Source: the human T2T-CHM13v2.0 reference genome, Homo sapiens
Assembly: GCF_009914755.1 (NCBI RefSeq)
Contig: NC_060941.1
Strand: one strand, 5' to 3'
Length of the DNA: 64,000 nt
Shown here: positions 1-12,200 of the stretch, one piece after another
How the letters are laid out: every line of letters starts with the position of its first letter
Position numbering within the stretch: position 1 is the first letter of the stretch
Notes under the pieces: generated by a model
Seen by the model: the letters and a program-made list of their open reading frames with translations, nothing else
Databases searched by the model: none
Told to the model about the DNA's origin: nothing
Position numbers and translations under genes: made by a program

Positions 1-238
1 GGGCGGATCACTTGAGGCCAGGAATTCCAGACCAACCTGGCCAAAATGGTGAAACTCCCTCTCCACTAAAAATGCAAAAATTGGCCAGGCATGGTGGTGC
101 ACACCTGTAGTCCCAGCTACTCAAGAGGCTGAGGCATGAGAATCCCTTGAACCTAGGAGGCAGAAGCTACAGTGAGCCGAGATCGTGCCACTGCACTCCA
201 GCCTGGGTGACAGAGCAGGACTCTGTCTAAAAAAAAAA
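1..238 (+). mobile_element. Alu (AluS-like), cut by the window start
   Basis: Alu consensus match with central A-linker and poly(A) tail. Confidence 0.95.
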
Positions 239-354
239 GACAAAGAAACAAGTTGTTCTTTAAAGGTGAGAATGTATGGTTTCATAAAAATCAGTCTGCA
301 TTAATGCCTCATTTGCTATTTTAAATATTTTATAGCTTCCATAAAACATATTAC

Positions 355-414
355 CTTTTTTTCATAGATGTGTTTTAGATGACTTTTCTCCATCTGAAAC
401 TTATTTTCTTGATC
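355..414 (-). CDS. CEP112: CEP112 coding exon, 60 nt, DQENKFQMEKSHLKHIYEKK, phase 0/0
   Basis: Acceptor ttatcattcacAG|GAT, donor AAG|GTAATA. Confidence 0.95.
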
Positions 415-793
415 CTGTGAATGATAAATGTTTATATTTATTATACTTTAAATTATACTAGAGTCAATAAAATTAGCAACCTAATTAAATCAATCAATCT
501 ACTTAATGTCAAACTTTAGTTCAGAGTTTTGCATACGATTAAGTAAGCCCTACAGGTAGAAATTGGAGTAGCTTTGTATTACGAGGCATAAAATCTTAGT
601 CACCTGAAGATATTACTATTCTCAAAAGCACTTGCTTTACAGTATAAGAAAATCTTTCTGACCCTTAGGATTAAGAGATTACTTCAAAAATGACCAAGTC
701 AATAAATATGGAAATGATAAATTTGAAGTTACATCATGTAACAGTCCTTGGTATTTTTTGATCACGAGAGAAAAGAGATCTAAAAGGTGCAAA

Positions 794-846
794 AGAGAGA
801 GACAGAGGGAGAGAGAGAGGCAGAGAAAGAAAGAGGGAAAGAGAGA
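794..846. repeat. GA-rich low-complexity tract
   Basis: Imperfect (GA)n/(GAAA)n run. Confidence 0.8.
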
Positions 847-1163
847 AATTATGAAGATTGGCAGGTAATTTAAAAGAAGGAAATTATTCTAAAATAATGA
901 TATATTTAAATAAAATTTATTTTTAAAACTAATCTCAAAAGAGATCATTCCAATTCAAATTATTGTACTTTATTCTCTAAATCTCATTAGCATCAATCTC
1001 TATTAAGATAAATAAAATGTAAAATTATACAATGCGATAAAAGAATCAGAAAAGATGACCTGCATTTCTGAGTTTTATTTTTTTAATTGACTCTCAATGA
1101 TACATCTGAATCAAGAAAACTGTGTTTGACCATTGTTCTTCTGTGTAGAAATACAAGACTCAC

Positions 1164-1256
1164 CCTTAGTTGTTGCTTTCTTTGAAGTTCTGATTCCTGT
1201 AACTGCTGTTTTAATTGACAGACATTCTGCTCTAATTCTTCAATCATACTAGATGC
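1164..1256 (-). CDS. CEP112: CEP112 coding exon, 93 nt, ASSMIEELEQNVCQLKQQLQESELQRKQQLR, phase 0/0
   Basis: Acceptor atccttgtAG|GCA, donor AGG|GTGAGT. Confidence 0.95.
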
Positions 1257-1419
1257 CTACAAGGATTTTAAGAAGAATAAAAAGCAGAATATTGATTTTT
1301 GTACCATATTATACTTTCTGATTGAAAAAATATGCCTTTTGTACCCCTGAAAGTCCAATCAGAATTAAAATTATCTAGAAATTTGAATGAAAAATGTTTT
1401 TAAAAGATACTAGAAAAAA

Positions 1420-1577
1420 TAATCTTTTAAAGTAAAAATATAAATTAAATGCAGCATAGTATTAAATATTATGAAAATGTAATGCTGACATAAAAATATA
1501 ATCTTTTAAAGTAAAAACAGAAATTAAATGCTACATAATATTTAATGTTATGGAAATGTAACACTGACATAAAAATA
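1420..1577. repeat. 79-bp tandem duplication (2 copies)
   Basis: taatcttttaaagtaaaaa...ctgacataaaaata occurs at 1420-1498 and 1499-1577, about 10 mismatches. Confidence 0.9.
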
Positions 1578-1973
1578 ATAGCTTTACAGAAAACTTCAAA
1601 ATTTTAACTATAAAATGAAAGCAGAACCAAGATTTCAAAACAATAATAACGCATATAGTTACTCTATGAAATGTATTATTCATACAACTAAGCATTGGAA
1701 TTTATATGTTTCCTCCTTTTAAGACTGGCACTTAAAATGATTAGCTTATAGCAGAATTCAGTTTATTAAATATTTGTGTTGTGCTATATAGTAGACATTT
1801 CAAATTTTAAACATTTTAAATACCAGTAAAAATTCCTGAAGTTCCTGTTAATTTAAGAATAAAGTGAAAGAGAGATTAATTTCAAATGCCAAATAATTTC
1901 TACTTGGCTATCTATGGCTCTAGGCTTAGTGAATAAATACTTCATGTGGATTATCTATTAACATAAATAATAC

Positions 1974-2103
1974 CTTAGAAGCTGAAAGAGCATGTTCTTG
2001 TTTTAGAAGGTTTATATCAGCATCATATTTGGTTTGTAACAGTTTCATGTTTTGCTCATAATCATTTACAAGATGGTCCTTCTCTTTATGCAGTGTGTTA
2101 CGC
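1974..2103 (-). CDS. CEP112: CEP112 coding exon, 130 nt, (R)RNTLHKEKDHLVNDYEQNMKLLQTKYDADINLLKQEHALSASK, phase 2/0
   Basis: Acceptor ctcttgtttttAG|G, donor AAG|GTATTA. Confidence 0.95.
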
Positions 2104-2271
2104 CTAAAAACAAGAGAATAAAATAGACTTTCAATGTATTTAAAACCAATCTCTAAAATGAAATTTTTTAATCATAATCAGCTAAATCCAAATACATTTC
2201 CATTCAATATATTAAATAAGTATCCACAATTTTGTCAACTGCTTCTAAACATTCTGCTTATGTTAAAAACA

Positions 2272-2597
2272 GGTTGGGTACAGTGACTCATGCCTGAAAT
2301 TTCAGCACTTGAGGAGGCCAAGGCAAGAGGATCACTTCAGAAAAAGAGTTTGAGACCAGCCTGGGCAACAGAGTGAGACCGTGTCTCTACAAAAAAATAA
2401 AAATAGAAAAATTAGCCAGGCATGGTGGTGCATGCCTGCAGTCCTGGCTACTTGGGAGGATGAGGAGGGAGAATCGTATGAGCCCAGGAGCTTGAGATAC
2501 AGTGAGCCATGATCACACCACTGTACCCCAGTCTGGGTGACAGACAGAGACCCTGTCTCTAAATAAATAAATAAACAAACAAACAAACAAACAAACA
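2272..2597 (+). mobile_element. AluJ with (TAAA)n(CAAA)n tail
   Basis: Diverged full-length Alu dimer. Confidence 0.92.
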
Positions 2598-2720
2598 GCA
2601 GTATTTAGAAACTTCCCAAGGCTAAACGCACAAGGTGTAATTAATTTTGGCAGATAACTTATACAGTTAATATCAGTACTTTATAGCTACACCTGATAAA
2701 TATCTGATTTCAGACAATAC

Positions 2721-2875
2721 CTTGCCTTTACTTCTTGTAATTCACTACACGTTATCTGGTAACATCTTTCAAGTTCTGCTTTTTCTTGAATTAATTTCTG
2801 CCTCTGTAAATTACTGTTCTCTGCTTCTCCAGTCAGCTGCTGGACACGGGCCTCCAGTTCTTTGATCATGTGGTT
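2721..2875 (-). CDS. CEP112: CEP112 coding exon, 155 nt, NHMIKELEARVQQLTGEAENSNLQRQKLIQEKAELERCYQITCSELQEVKA+AG, phase 0/2
   Basis: Acceptor ctgttcttttAG|AAC, donor AAG|GTATTG; overlaps ORF 2687..2869. Confidence 0.96.
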
Positions 2876-4308
2876 CTAAAAGAACAGGTCATGGTTAAGA
2901 AAGTCTCTGACTCAGTTGTAACACTTTTGTATCTGTAAGAAGCTTGAGGAACACGTATAATCTATAAGAATAAATAAAACAAATGTATCATAAACCATGG
3001 TAGTAGAAATTAAATCAACCTTGAACTTAACCAAGTCTTTAAAAAAACAATGCATACTACCAGAAAAATAAGAACATCACAGTTATATACTTTTAGCCTT
3101 TTGTTCATTTAATGAATATTTACTGAGGCTGGTAATATTCAAGAATGTAGATACATAGCAGTAAATAAGACAAAGTTCCTATCCTCAGGAAGGTTTCAGT
3201 CTCTATGCCTCTTTATACGTACGGCCATTAGCTGACTACTTACCAGTGATCTTTGCGTTTGATTTTAAGTTTTTGAAATGTGTTATAAGAGTAATGTAAT
3301 AGTATTTTTAAAGGAAATCCATAGCCCCAAAATTGTAGCACAAGGGTGTTCACATAAGTGATACACTTATTTTTAAGTGTATAGGAACATTTAATTAGTT
3401 GTGTTAGTGTGCAAGATTTTTATTCATTTTTTAACATCTTTGCCATTTTGTAAAATGCACTTCTCTACTCTTCCACAGTATTATCACTCAACTAAATCAT
3501 TTCTCTATTATTTAATATTTATTTAGAATTTTTCCCCTTTGTAGAACTGCAATTTAAAACGTGGATAAAGGTATTTATCATCTTTTAGATACTTTATCTA
3601 AAATTAGGGTAAGCAAGCATTAGATGAAGGGACAATTAATTTTCAGTTTTAAAATTAAACTTCTAATAAGTGTGAGCAATAAGGATAGGTTAGTATGATG
3701 TTGCACTCAACTATTGTGTTATTCTAAGAGAACCATTTTAAAGATGCAGTTTAAGCATTAGATAATATTACAACCCTGACATCCTTTCTTCATCTCATCC
3801 TTTCTTCATTACAATACCAAATAGGTATACAAGTTAAATTTTGGTGTAACAGCTTCCAATCTATATAAATGACTTATCTAACTTAAAAGCATGGTTTATA
3901 GACTAACTTCTTTAAATGCATACAATTCTAGACTGACAAACATCAGAAGTTCTGATTTCTTCTTCCTGCATCTTATTCACTTTGTCTCTTCATTATCCCT
4001 CTGCTTTAGGAGCTCCTTTCAGAAAATAGTTTCCATTTCCTAATATATATTCTAAACACCCTTTATGTCCTGCGTATTCATTAACTGGAAGAAACAAAGA
4101 ACATATACTTTGCCTTCCAGTTTTAGATGGCGGAATAAAGATGATTTGTATTCCTTCATCTCTTGGAAACCAAAAACAGACAAGATAAACTAAAAATAGA
4201 AATGCAAATTCCATCCTAATAAACCCTACAAGAGGATATTCTATTATTGGCAATAAAAGAGTAGCTTGCAGCAGATCACACTCCCAATGCTAACAACTGA
4301 AAAACCCA

Positions 4309-4607
4309 GTTTTGTTTTGTTTTTTTTTTTTGTTTTGTTTTGTTTTGTTTTGAGACAGGGTCTCATAGCGCAATCTTGGCTTACTACAGCCTCAACCTCC
4401 CAGGCTCAGGTGATCCTCCCACCTCAGCTTCCTGAGCAGCTGAGACTACAGGTACATGCCACCACACCTGGCTAATTTTTGTACCTTTTTTGGTAGCGAT
4501 GGGGTCTCACTATGTTGGCCAGGCTGGTTTCAAACCCCTGGCCTCATGCAATTCACCCTTCTCAGCCTCCCAAAGTGCTAGGATTACAGGCGTGTGCCAC
4601 CATGGCC
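4309..4607 (-). mobile_element. AluJ with small internal deletion
   Basis: T-rich tail followed by gagacagggtctc...gtgtgccaccatggcc. Confidence 0.92.
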
Positions 4608-4868
4608 AGTGAAAGATTTAATTAGTAGGAAAGCACTTGAGAACTTCTAAGGCAGTTTGAAAACATCATAGAGATGAGGCATCATCCTGTAAGGTGCTTT
4701 TACCCTAGAGGTATTTTTCAATGACGGAAGATGAGGATGGGGCAAGGAAACAAAGGCAGATGGTGGCCGAGGCAGCCAGGACTTGAGGACACAAGATCCC
4801 TCAGAAAAGCAACACACAGAGAAGTGGGCACCACACCAGCAGTTTTCTCAAGAGAATTTGTCAAATTC

Positions 4869-5150
4869 TTTTTCTTTTTCTTTTTGGAGATGGAGTTGCA
4901 CTCTGTCCAGGCTGGATCTCGGCTCACTGCAACCTCCACCTCCCAGGTTCAAGCAATTCTCCTGCCTCAGCCATCTGAGTATTGGAATTACAGGTGCACA
5001 CCACCACACCTGGCTAGTTTTTGTAATTTTAGTAGAGGTGGGGTTTCACCCTGTTGGCCAGGCTGGTCTTGACCTCCTGACCTCAAGTGATCTGCCCACC
5101 TTGGCCTCCCAAAGTGCTGGCGTTACAGGCATGAGCCACTGCACCTGGCC
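4869..5150 (-). mobile_element. AluS
   Basis: Alu consensus match; target-site duplication (TSD) aatttgtcaaa on both sides. Confidence 0.95.
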
Positions 5151-5199
5151 AAATTTGTCAAAGTCTTAGCATTCGCAGGGCAGGAAGCCAAGAAACCAA

Positions 5200-6205
5200 G
5201 TGAAAAAAAAAAAAAACTCAGAAAAGCACACTAGAGTTTTCTGCAGTATCAGTGTACTTAGGAGTAAAATAGATTGTCCAAGGAGGAGAGCCCCTAGTAT
5301 TAATAATATCACAGGCTTTCAGTTGAGACCTGTGTTGAGGACTACCACTAGGAGCGAAAGTTAGTCAAAAGTAGACCAAAGATTACAAAGATTGCAACTC
5401 AGCCTTGAGTCAATTCAGTCCCTGAATGGATCCAGTGATCTGTCTCTACACCAGCTGCCTCTCAGAAGTGAGAGAAGAGCCTCTCTGGAAGAAGATAACA
5501 TCATCCACAGCCTTTATTATTTTTTGTGCACAATGTTTGGCAATTAATCACAAAATAACAGGCATACCAAGAAATAAAATCAGAGGAAAAATAGAAATAG
5601 ACATGCAGATGCCCCATATATTGAAATTGTAAAACATATGAGGCATGTGTTTTCCTGACTCAAAATATATGAGACATCACACAAAATTAAGTGAAGATCA
5701 AATATAATTACAGGAATAGTCCAGAAGAAGAAGTCTCGTGGCTGGAAATCCTGAAAATGTCATCAGAACACACTTGTACAAACTAAGTGGCATGCAAATA
5801 ACATCACTGGTTCAATAATAACAGATGCATACATTCCAACTGTAGCTTCTTTCAACATAATCTGGCACGAAAAAGAAGCAAGAAAGATTATGCTGAATGA
5901 AAAAAATCACACAAACCATTTTTGCACAAAGCAATCTATGGATGAGATTGATTAAGGGAAAGAAATAACATTATGAGCAAGTAAAAACTGTAAGAGCAAA
6001 CAACCAACATAGAAGAAAACAAAATGGAGACCCAGCATTTACCTAGTTAGTGTACCTAAAGAACAGAAATGGTAGAACAAGAAAATGTACCTAATGACAT
6101 ACAAGAAAACTATACATGAAAATAATATACAAATAGAAAGAGTATACTGTAAAAGTCACACAGAATGAAGAATGCCAAGACATAAGTAAAATTATTAAAC
6201 TTCAA
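5200..6205 (+). mobile_element. Highly degraded ancient L1M 5'/ORF1 relic
   Basis: A-rich strand bias and weak resemblance to old L1M 5'/ORF1 consensus. Confidence 0.45.
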
Positions 6206-6209
6206 GGAA

Positions 6210-6730
6210 ATGATCCTTTTAAAGCATTAATCAGACATGTCACTCTCTTGCAAAACCCTCCAATGGCTTCTCTTATCACTCAGAATAAGAAGAGACTATC
6301 ATGGCCTCTGATTTCATCTCCTACCACCCTCCCTCTCATTTACTATACTCCAGCCATACAGGCCTCCATGCTGTTTCTCAAAGTCATCAAGCTAGCCTCA
6401 AAGCCTTTTCATTTACTGTTCTCTCTGCCTAAAGCATCTTCCTCCAGAGGCCTGCATAGCTCATTTCCTCACTTCTTTCAGTTCTCCACCTAAATGTCAT
6501 CTTGTGAAGGAATCTTTCCATAGCCATTCTACCTAAATAAGCAGATCTCTACTGCCTATATTTCTGTGGCCTCTTACCCTTTCTTTTGCTTTTTCTTTCT
6601 TTGTTGTTTGTTTTCCACAATAAAGTATAAGCTTAAGACAGCCAAGACATTGCTTTATTTGCACTAGATCTCCTGTTTCTTTCTAGCACACTGCTTAGCT
6701 TGTAGTAGGTATTCAATAAACATTTGCCGA
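6210..6730 (+). mobile_element. L2 3' end
   Basis: aaaccctccaatggcttc...gtagtaggtattcaataaacatttg, typical of the L2a/b terminus. Confidence 0.75.
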
Positions 6731-6738
6731 TTATCAAA

Positions 6739-6978
6739 ACAGCTGACCTTGAATGATACGGGTTTGAACTGTATGGGTCCATTTATATGCAGATTTTTTT
6801 TTCAACTAAATGGTGATCAAAAATACAATATTCACAGGATGTGAGACCCACTTACATGAAGGGTCCGCTTTTTCTGTACCCAGACTCCACAATGCCGATT
6901 GCAAGACTTGAATGTGTGCCAATTTTGATATACACAGAGGTCCTGGAACCAATCCCCTGCATATACCAAGGCACTACT
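6739..6978 (-). mobile_element. MER8 (TcMar-Tigger MITE)
   Basis: cagctgaccttgaa...gggtttgaactg...ggtcctggaaccaatcccctg...actg matches the remembered MER8 consensus. Confidence 0.8.
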
Positions 6979-7646
6979 GTATTCTCAAAAATAAAAACAG
7001 GATAACTGCTAAAATGTCAAAATGTCCCTTCCATATTCAAAACTGGAGTGATTTCTGGCCATATTATAGAAAATATTAGCATTTTATGAGGTTATAACAG
7101 GGTTACAATGAGGAAATAACAAACATCTGTCCAATATAGAATATATCAAAATGATTTTTGCATGTTTTATAAAAAATAGAGATAAAATACAAGAAATCCA
7201 ACATAGAGGTAAAGATATTCCCCTCTATATTAAAAGAATTTCTGGAAATCTATTTCTTTTTTTCCTTATATGAATCCAAAATAAATGTGAACATCATAAA
7301 ATTTTAAAAAGTATCAAATTGCTAAAGAAATAAACCAAGGCAAAGGGGGTTGAATTACACAAATAAATAAATCCACAGACTTTGCCTAAAGAAAAAGGGT
7401 TTCTGTTAGCCAGAAAAACCAGACAGCTCTCTTTCTACAATGTGAATAATTAAATACAGTGGAGATGAGAGAAAAAATGCTCAGATAAAAGCATAAAACT
7501 ATTTTTATGAGAGAAAGAAAAAAAGAGATAAAACAGAAAGATATCCAACAAATCAGAGAAGAAAAATGATAGACATTGAAGCAATATTGTGACCTCAGCT
7601 ATCTGTATATCATTGAACAAAGTAACAGTGATAAAGTGAACTTGAA

Positions 7647-7822
7647 TTTTTTTTGTTTTTGTTTTCGTTTTTGTTTTCATTGAGACAGAGTCTCACTCTG
7701 TCGCCCAGGCTGGAGTGCAGTGGCGCAATCTCGACTCACCGCAACCCCTGCCTCCCAAGTCCTAATGCTTCAGTCTCCCAAGTAGCTGGGACTACAGGCA
7801 TGCGCCACCATGCCCAGCTAAG

Positions 7823-7889
<67 letters not shown>

Positions 7890-8014
7890 TTTTTAGTAGA
7901 GATGGAGTTTCGCCATGTTGCCCAGGCTGGTCCTGAACCCCTGACCTCAAGTGATCTGCCCACCTAGGCCTCCCAAAGTGCTAGGATTACAAGCGTGTGC
8001 CACCACGCCCAGCC
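7647..8014 (-). mobile_element. AluS with a (TG)n(TA)n microsatellite in the central linker
   Basis: TSD tgaacttgaa; microsatellite at 7827-7880. Confidence 0.95.
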
Positions 8015-8309
8015 TGAACTTGAAATTTTGACTAAGGAATTATTAAAATGATGAAAAAAATTATCAGATCTGAAAGGAAGAGATTTGTGACTAAAATAGG
8101 TAACCCGAGGACTGTACCTGTTCAAAAGGAGCAGAACTATGAGAGGACGTGGTTCCTGTTCATTGCCCTATTAAATGCTGTGGTCTGCACTACTGGCCAG
8201 TCTTTTTGAGGATATGCATGTATTGTAAGTACCGACAAGTGAGTACCTCTGTGAACGTGCTACTTGCCCATCCTTATTTGTCTTCACCTGTTGACAAACC
8301 TTCAGGTTC

Positions 8310-9262
8310 CAACAGAAAACAACTGTTGGTGAAGTTGTGGAGAAACTGGTACCCTTGTGCACTGCTGGTGAGAATGAAAAATGGTATAACCATTATGGAG
8401 AACAGTATGGAGGCGCCTCAAAAATTTAAAAATAGAACTACCAAATGATCTGGCAATCACACTTCTGCTTATTTATCCAAAAGAACTGAAGTCAGGATCT
8501 CAAAGAAATATTTGTACTCCCATGCAAAATTATTCACTATAGCCAAGATGTATAAACAGCATAGCATAAACCAGAGAAAATGGTGAATAGGAGATGGGAC
8601 TAATGTGCAGCTCTCTCCTGGATGGACAGAACAGCATCTGGAGACTCACACTGTGAACTTTTGCTCCAAGAACCACCACAGAAACATACCAGGAAAACCA
8701 AAAGAATTCACAGACCCTTTGAATAAAACAGCTTGCCACTGCAAACACCACAAGACAGCCGAAAAACTGAGCTCCCGAAGTGTGATGGGGGAAAGTCAGC
8801 CTCCAAATACACATCCACACTGGGGAGCCTGAACAATGTAAATGTCCATGGATGAATGAATAGCTAAAGAAAATGTGGTATATACATGCAATGGAATATT
8901 ATTCAGCCATTAAAAAGGGAAAGCCTGTTTTATGTTACAACTTGAGTGAATCTTGAAAACATTATGCTGCATGAAATAAGGTAGTCATGGAGGGACAAAC
9001 ACTGCATGATTCCAGTTACAGGAAATATCTGAAATAGTCAAACCCATATAAACAAAGTAGAGTGGTGATTGCCAGGGGCTAGACAGAATGGAAAATGGAA
9101 GTTGCTATTCAATGGGTACAGAGTTTTAGTCACGCAAGACAAAAAAGTTTTAAAGATATGCCAATAATATCGTGCCTATAGTTACTAACACTGCATTGTA
9201 CCTTAAAAATGTGTTAAGAGGGTAGATCTCACACTATGTGTTTTTACCACAATAAAAAGAAA
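8310..9262 (+). mobile_element. L1MB-type 3' end, interrupted at about 8555-8832 by an L1P/L1PB-type 5'UTR fragment
   Basis: tgttggtgaagttgtggagaaactgg...gggtagatctcacactatgtgtttttaccacaataaaa. Confidence 0.85.
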
Positions 9263-9379
9263 AAGAGAAAACAATGGCTAAAACTTAACACCACATTAAA
9301 TGTGCATACATGTAAAATTCTTGCCCAATAACCAAGGCTTCATGGACCACCGACGTATTTTGATGATGAATATAATGAC

Positions 9380-9620
9380 AACAGCCACCACTGAACCCTC
9401 ATTATAGGTCAGGCACTGTGCTAAGTGTTTTACCAGCTTTAGGCCATTTCTCTTTCCCGCAAAACTATGAGGTAGGTATCATTAACATCATTTTAAATAT
9501 GAAAAAACTAGGACTTAGGAAAATTGATTAACGTGGCCACACTTGCCCTACTGGTAAACTGGTAAGCAGCAAAAAAGAATTTGATCCAAGATCTCCTTGA
9601 ATCAAAACCTATTCCACTGC
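9380..9620 (-). mobile_element. MIR
   Basis: caggcactgtgctaagtgtttta...ctatgaggtaggtatcatt...cattttaaatatgaaaaaact. Confidence 0.75.
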
Positions 9621-10901
9621 ATTACATCTTCTCCAGGACTTTTATATTCTGCTCATGGAATTAACATAAAATAAATTTGCAAAAATACCTCGGGTAGACA
9701 TATCATTTCAAAACATAAAGTAAACAAAGAAAAGCTAAAATGCAACACTGCAATACTTGAGGTCTCTTTCTTAACCTCCCACATTATTACTGCTATTATT
9801 ACCAGTCCCAAGATAAGATATTTTTTAATTGTGTAATTTGAAGGCTGTAGTGTTTTCTACCTTGAACAATCTATTATAATAAAGGGCTGGCTAGTGAAAT
9901 TCTACTCATTTCTAAGCCCCTTTATTAAAATGCTCATTCCAGGAGAAATGAGACTCATGAATGGGATATTATAATCTATTTGCTAAAGGAACAGACCAGT
10001 AGAAATAATCTGTTACCATAAAATGTCTCCTAAATATGTGTGGAAATAAAAGTGGCTCATTATCCAATGATTTCTTAAACATATACTTTAGTTAGCTTAG
10101 ATTAATAAAGTCAAAAGTTATCAGGTTTAAAATATAATAATTTTTAAGAACTAAATTTTAAAATATACAACCAGAATGCTCTAAAAATAACATTTCAATA
10201 TCCATCCACTCTCCAGCTCTCCTTCTTCCCGTGACCACCTCTCTCTCTCCTCTCCCTGTTCTCTCCTCTCTCCTCTGGCTCTCCCGTGCTGGTCATGCTA
10301 ATGTCACTACGGTATTATGACATTAGCATTTCAAACTACATTGAACAATTCTAACTATAATGCTAAGTAATGATTAAATCATCCTTCTTTCCAGTATTTA
10401 TGCATAGTCTTTCCCCCATTTCAACAAATTAAACTGCCCATCCTGAATTTTATCATGACTTCCATAGGATGATTTTTCTTATAATACTACAAGATTATGT
10501 TTGTCTTTCCGTAACAACAATTCTTACTCTAGTACCATAAAAGTATGAAAAGTACATTCCCAATTACTTCATCAGTAATAGAAATAAAAAGGACAGGCCC
10601 CAGAACCAGTCCCTTCAGCACACTACTCACCATATTCCATCAGGCTCATACTACTTTTTAAAATGAATTTTACAACATACCTGAGGCCAAACTTTACTGG
10701 TTTGTCAAAAGACTACTTCTCCTGAGAATTCTTCAGAAAATAACTCAAAGAATGTTATGTATAATATAGATTTTAAGTATATACATAGATATGATTATTA
10801 TATATCTGAGGCCCACCAGATGGACAAAACCAATCTAGCTGGTACTGTCTGTGAAGGCTGACATAAGGTTAGGAAGTCCTGGGGCTGTACCACATACAAC
10901 A

Positions 10902-10975
10902 GGGAGTCGGAGGTTGCAGTGAGCTGAGATCGTGCCACTGTACTCTAGCCTGGCAACAGAGCAAGACTCTGTCTC

Positions 10976-11010
<35 letters not shown>
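10902..11010 (+). mobile_element. 5'-truncated Alu (end of right arm plus tail)
   Basis: ggaggttgcagtgagctgagatcgtgcc...poly(A)/(GAAAA)n. Confidence 0.92.
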
Positions 11011-11013
<3 letters not shown>

Positions 11014-11699
11014 GATTCTGATACGATTTATTCAAACAGCGAACACCTGCCAAGACATAACTGCTGTTAGAAGCTGGCATGCTTTCTCACATGCAGATAA
11101 GTATTACATGAAATGAAAAAGTGGCCTCTGCATTAAGATCTCTATTTGTCAAACAAATACTTTTGTATATACTGATGCCAAGTTTCTGACTGAAGAAGCA
11201 AACTATGTGACGTCACTTATTCATTTTATTTTTGATTTTTAAAGCATTTTCTGAACACTAATGTTCTACACACAATTTTACACACAAAGTACATAAATTT
11301 TGAACCTATAACATCAAGGGAAAGCCTATAGGCATATATAAAGTATCTTAAAAACAACAACATTTGCCAAATTAATTTTTTAAACAGAATAAAAGAGCTG
11401 AGAGGATGCAAAATAGTGGAGTTCTTAAAATGGAGTAAAAAATTAGTCAAGAAAAAGAATGCTGATGTAGAACTATGTTTTGCCGGCTGTAACAGACAAT
11501 GCAGAAGCAGAATTCAGTGGTATATGACAACAGAATCAGGGAAGAAATAAGTTACTGTACAGAAAATGATGAACAGATTACCTTGTATGAACAGGGTATC
11601 TTCCCACATTGGGAACTGAAAGGTAGCACTTGGAAAACTAGGTTGGACTTCGTGAACTGATGTAACTTGTAAGCATTAATTATAATAGGCATGATACTA

Positions 11700-12200
11700 G
11701 GAACTCAGATTCTTAATCATGGGAAAATTAGAAAAAAATGCATCTATTGGCTATGGAGTAAGAGGAGACAGGGAAGAGTAATTGGCAGGTTACTGGAAGA
11801 GTCAGGAATGAGGCAACAACGGCCAGGACTCAATTGGTAGCTGTGGAAACAGAAGGGAAGAGAGCAGATCCAAGAAAATTTTCAGAGAGGTAAAATGGAT
11901 GATTCTGTAACATACTAAATAAGGGAGATGAAAAGTGGGAAAAACATAAATCTTCCAGGTTCAAAATTTAATGTGCCAACAGAATGATGATGATGCCAAC
12001 TGACAAGAGGAAATTTGGGAAAGGGTATTATTTTGGTATTAATTATCATAGGTTTGATTTCCTATAAGTTAAGTCTTAGAAAATATAAAATGTCTCATGG
12101 TCTTTTCATCGTACAACATCTACTGACATAAGAAGTCAGTACTGGAGATATAAATGTTGGAGTTTTACATACAAACTTAATTCGAAACCTTGTAGGAGTT
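11700..12200 (-). mobile_element. Degraded L2
   Basis: ggtagctgtggaaacagaaggg...tactggagatataaatgttggag pattern typical of antisense L2. Confidence 0.5.

Noticed and set aside
10835-11080. ORF MPASNSSYVLAG... as a first coding exon downstream of the CRE
   Set aside because: The donor-like GCAG|GTGTTC is weak and phase 1, incompatible with the phase-0 acceptor at 2875, and the ORF runs into an Alu.
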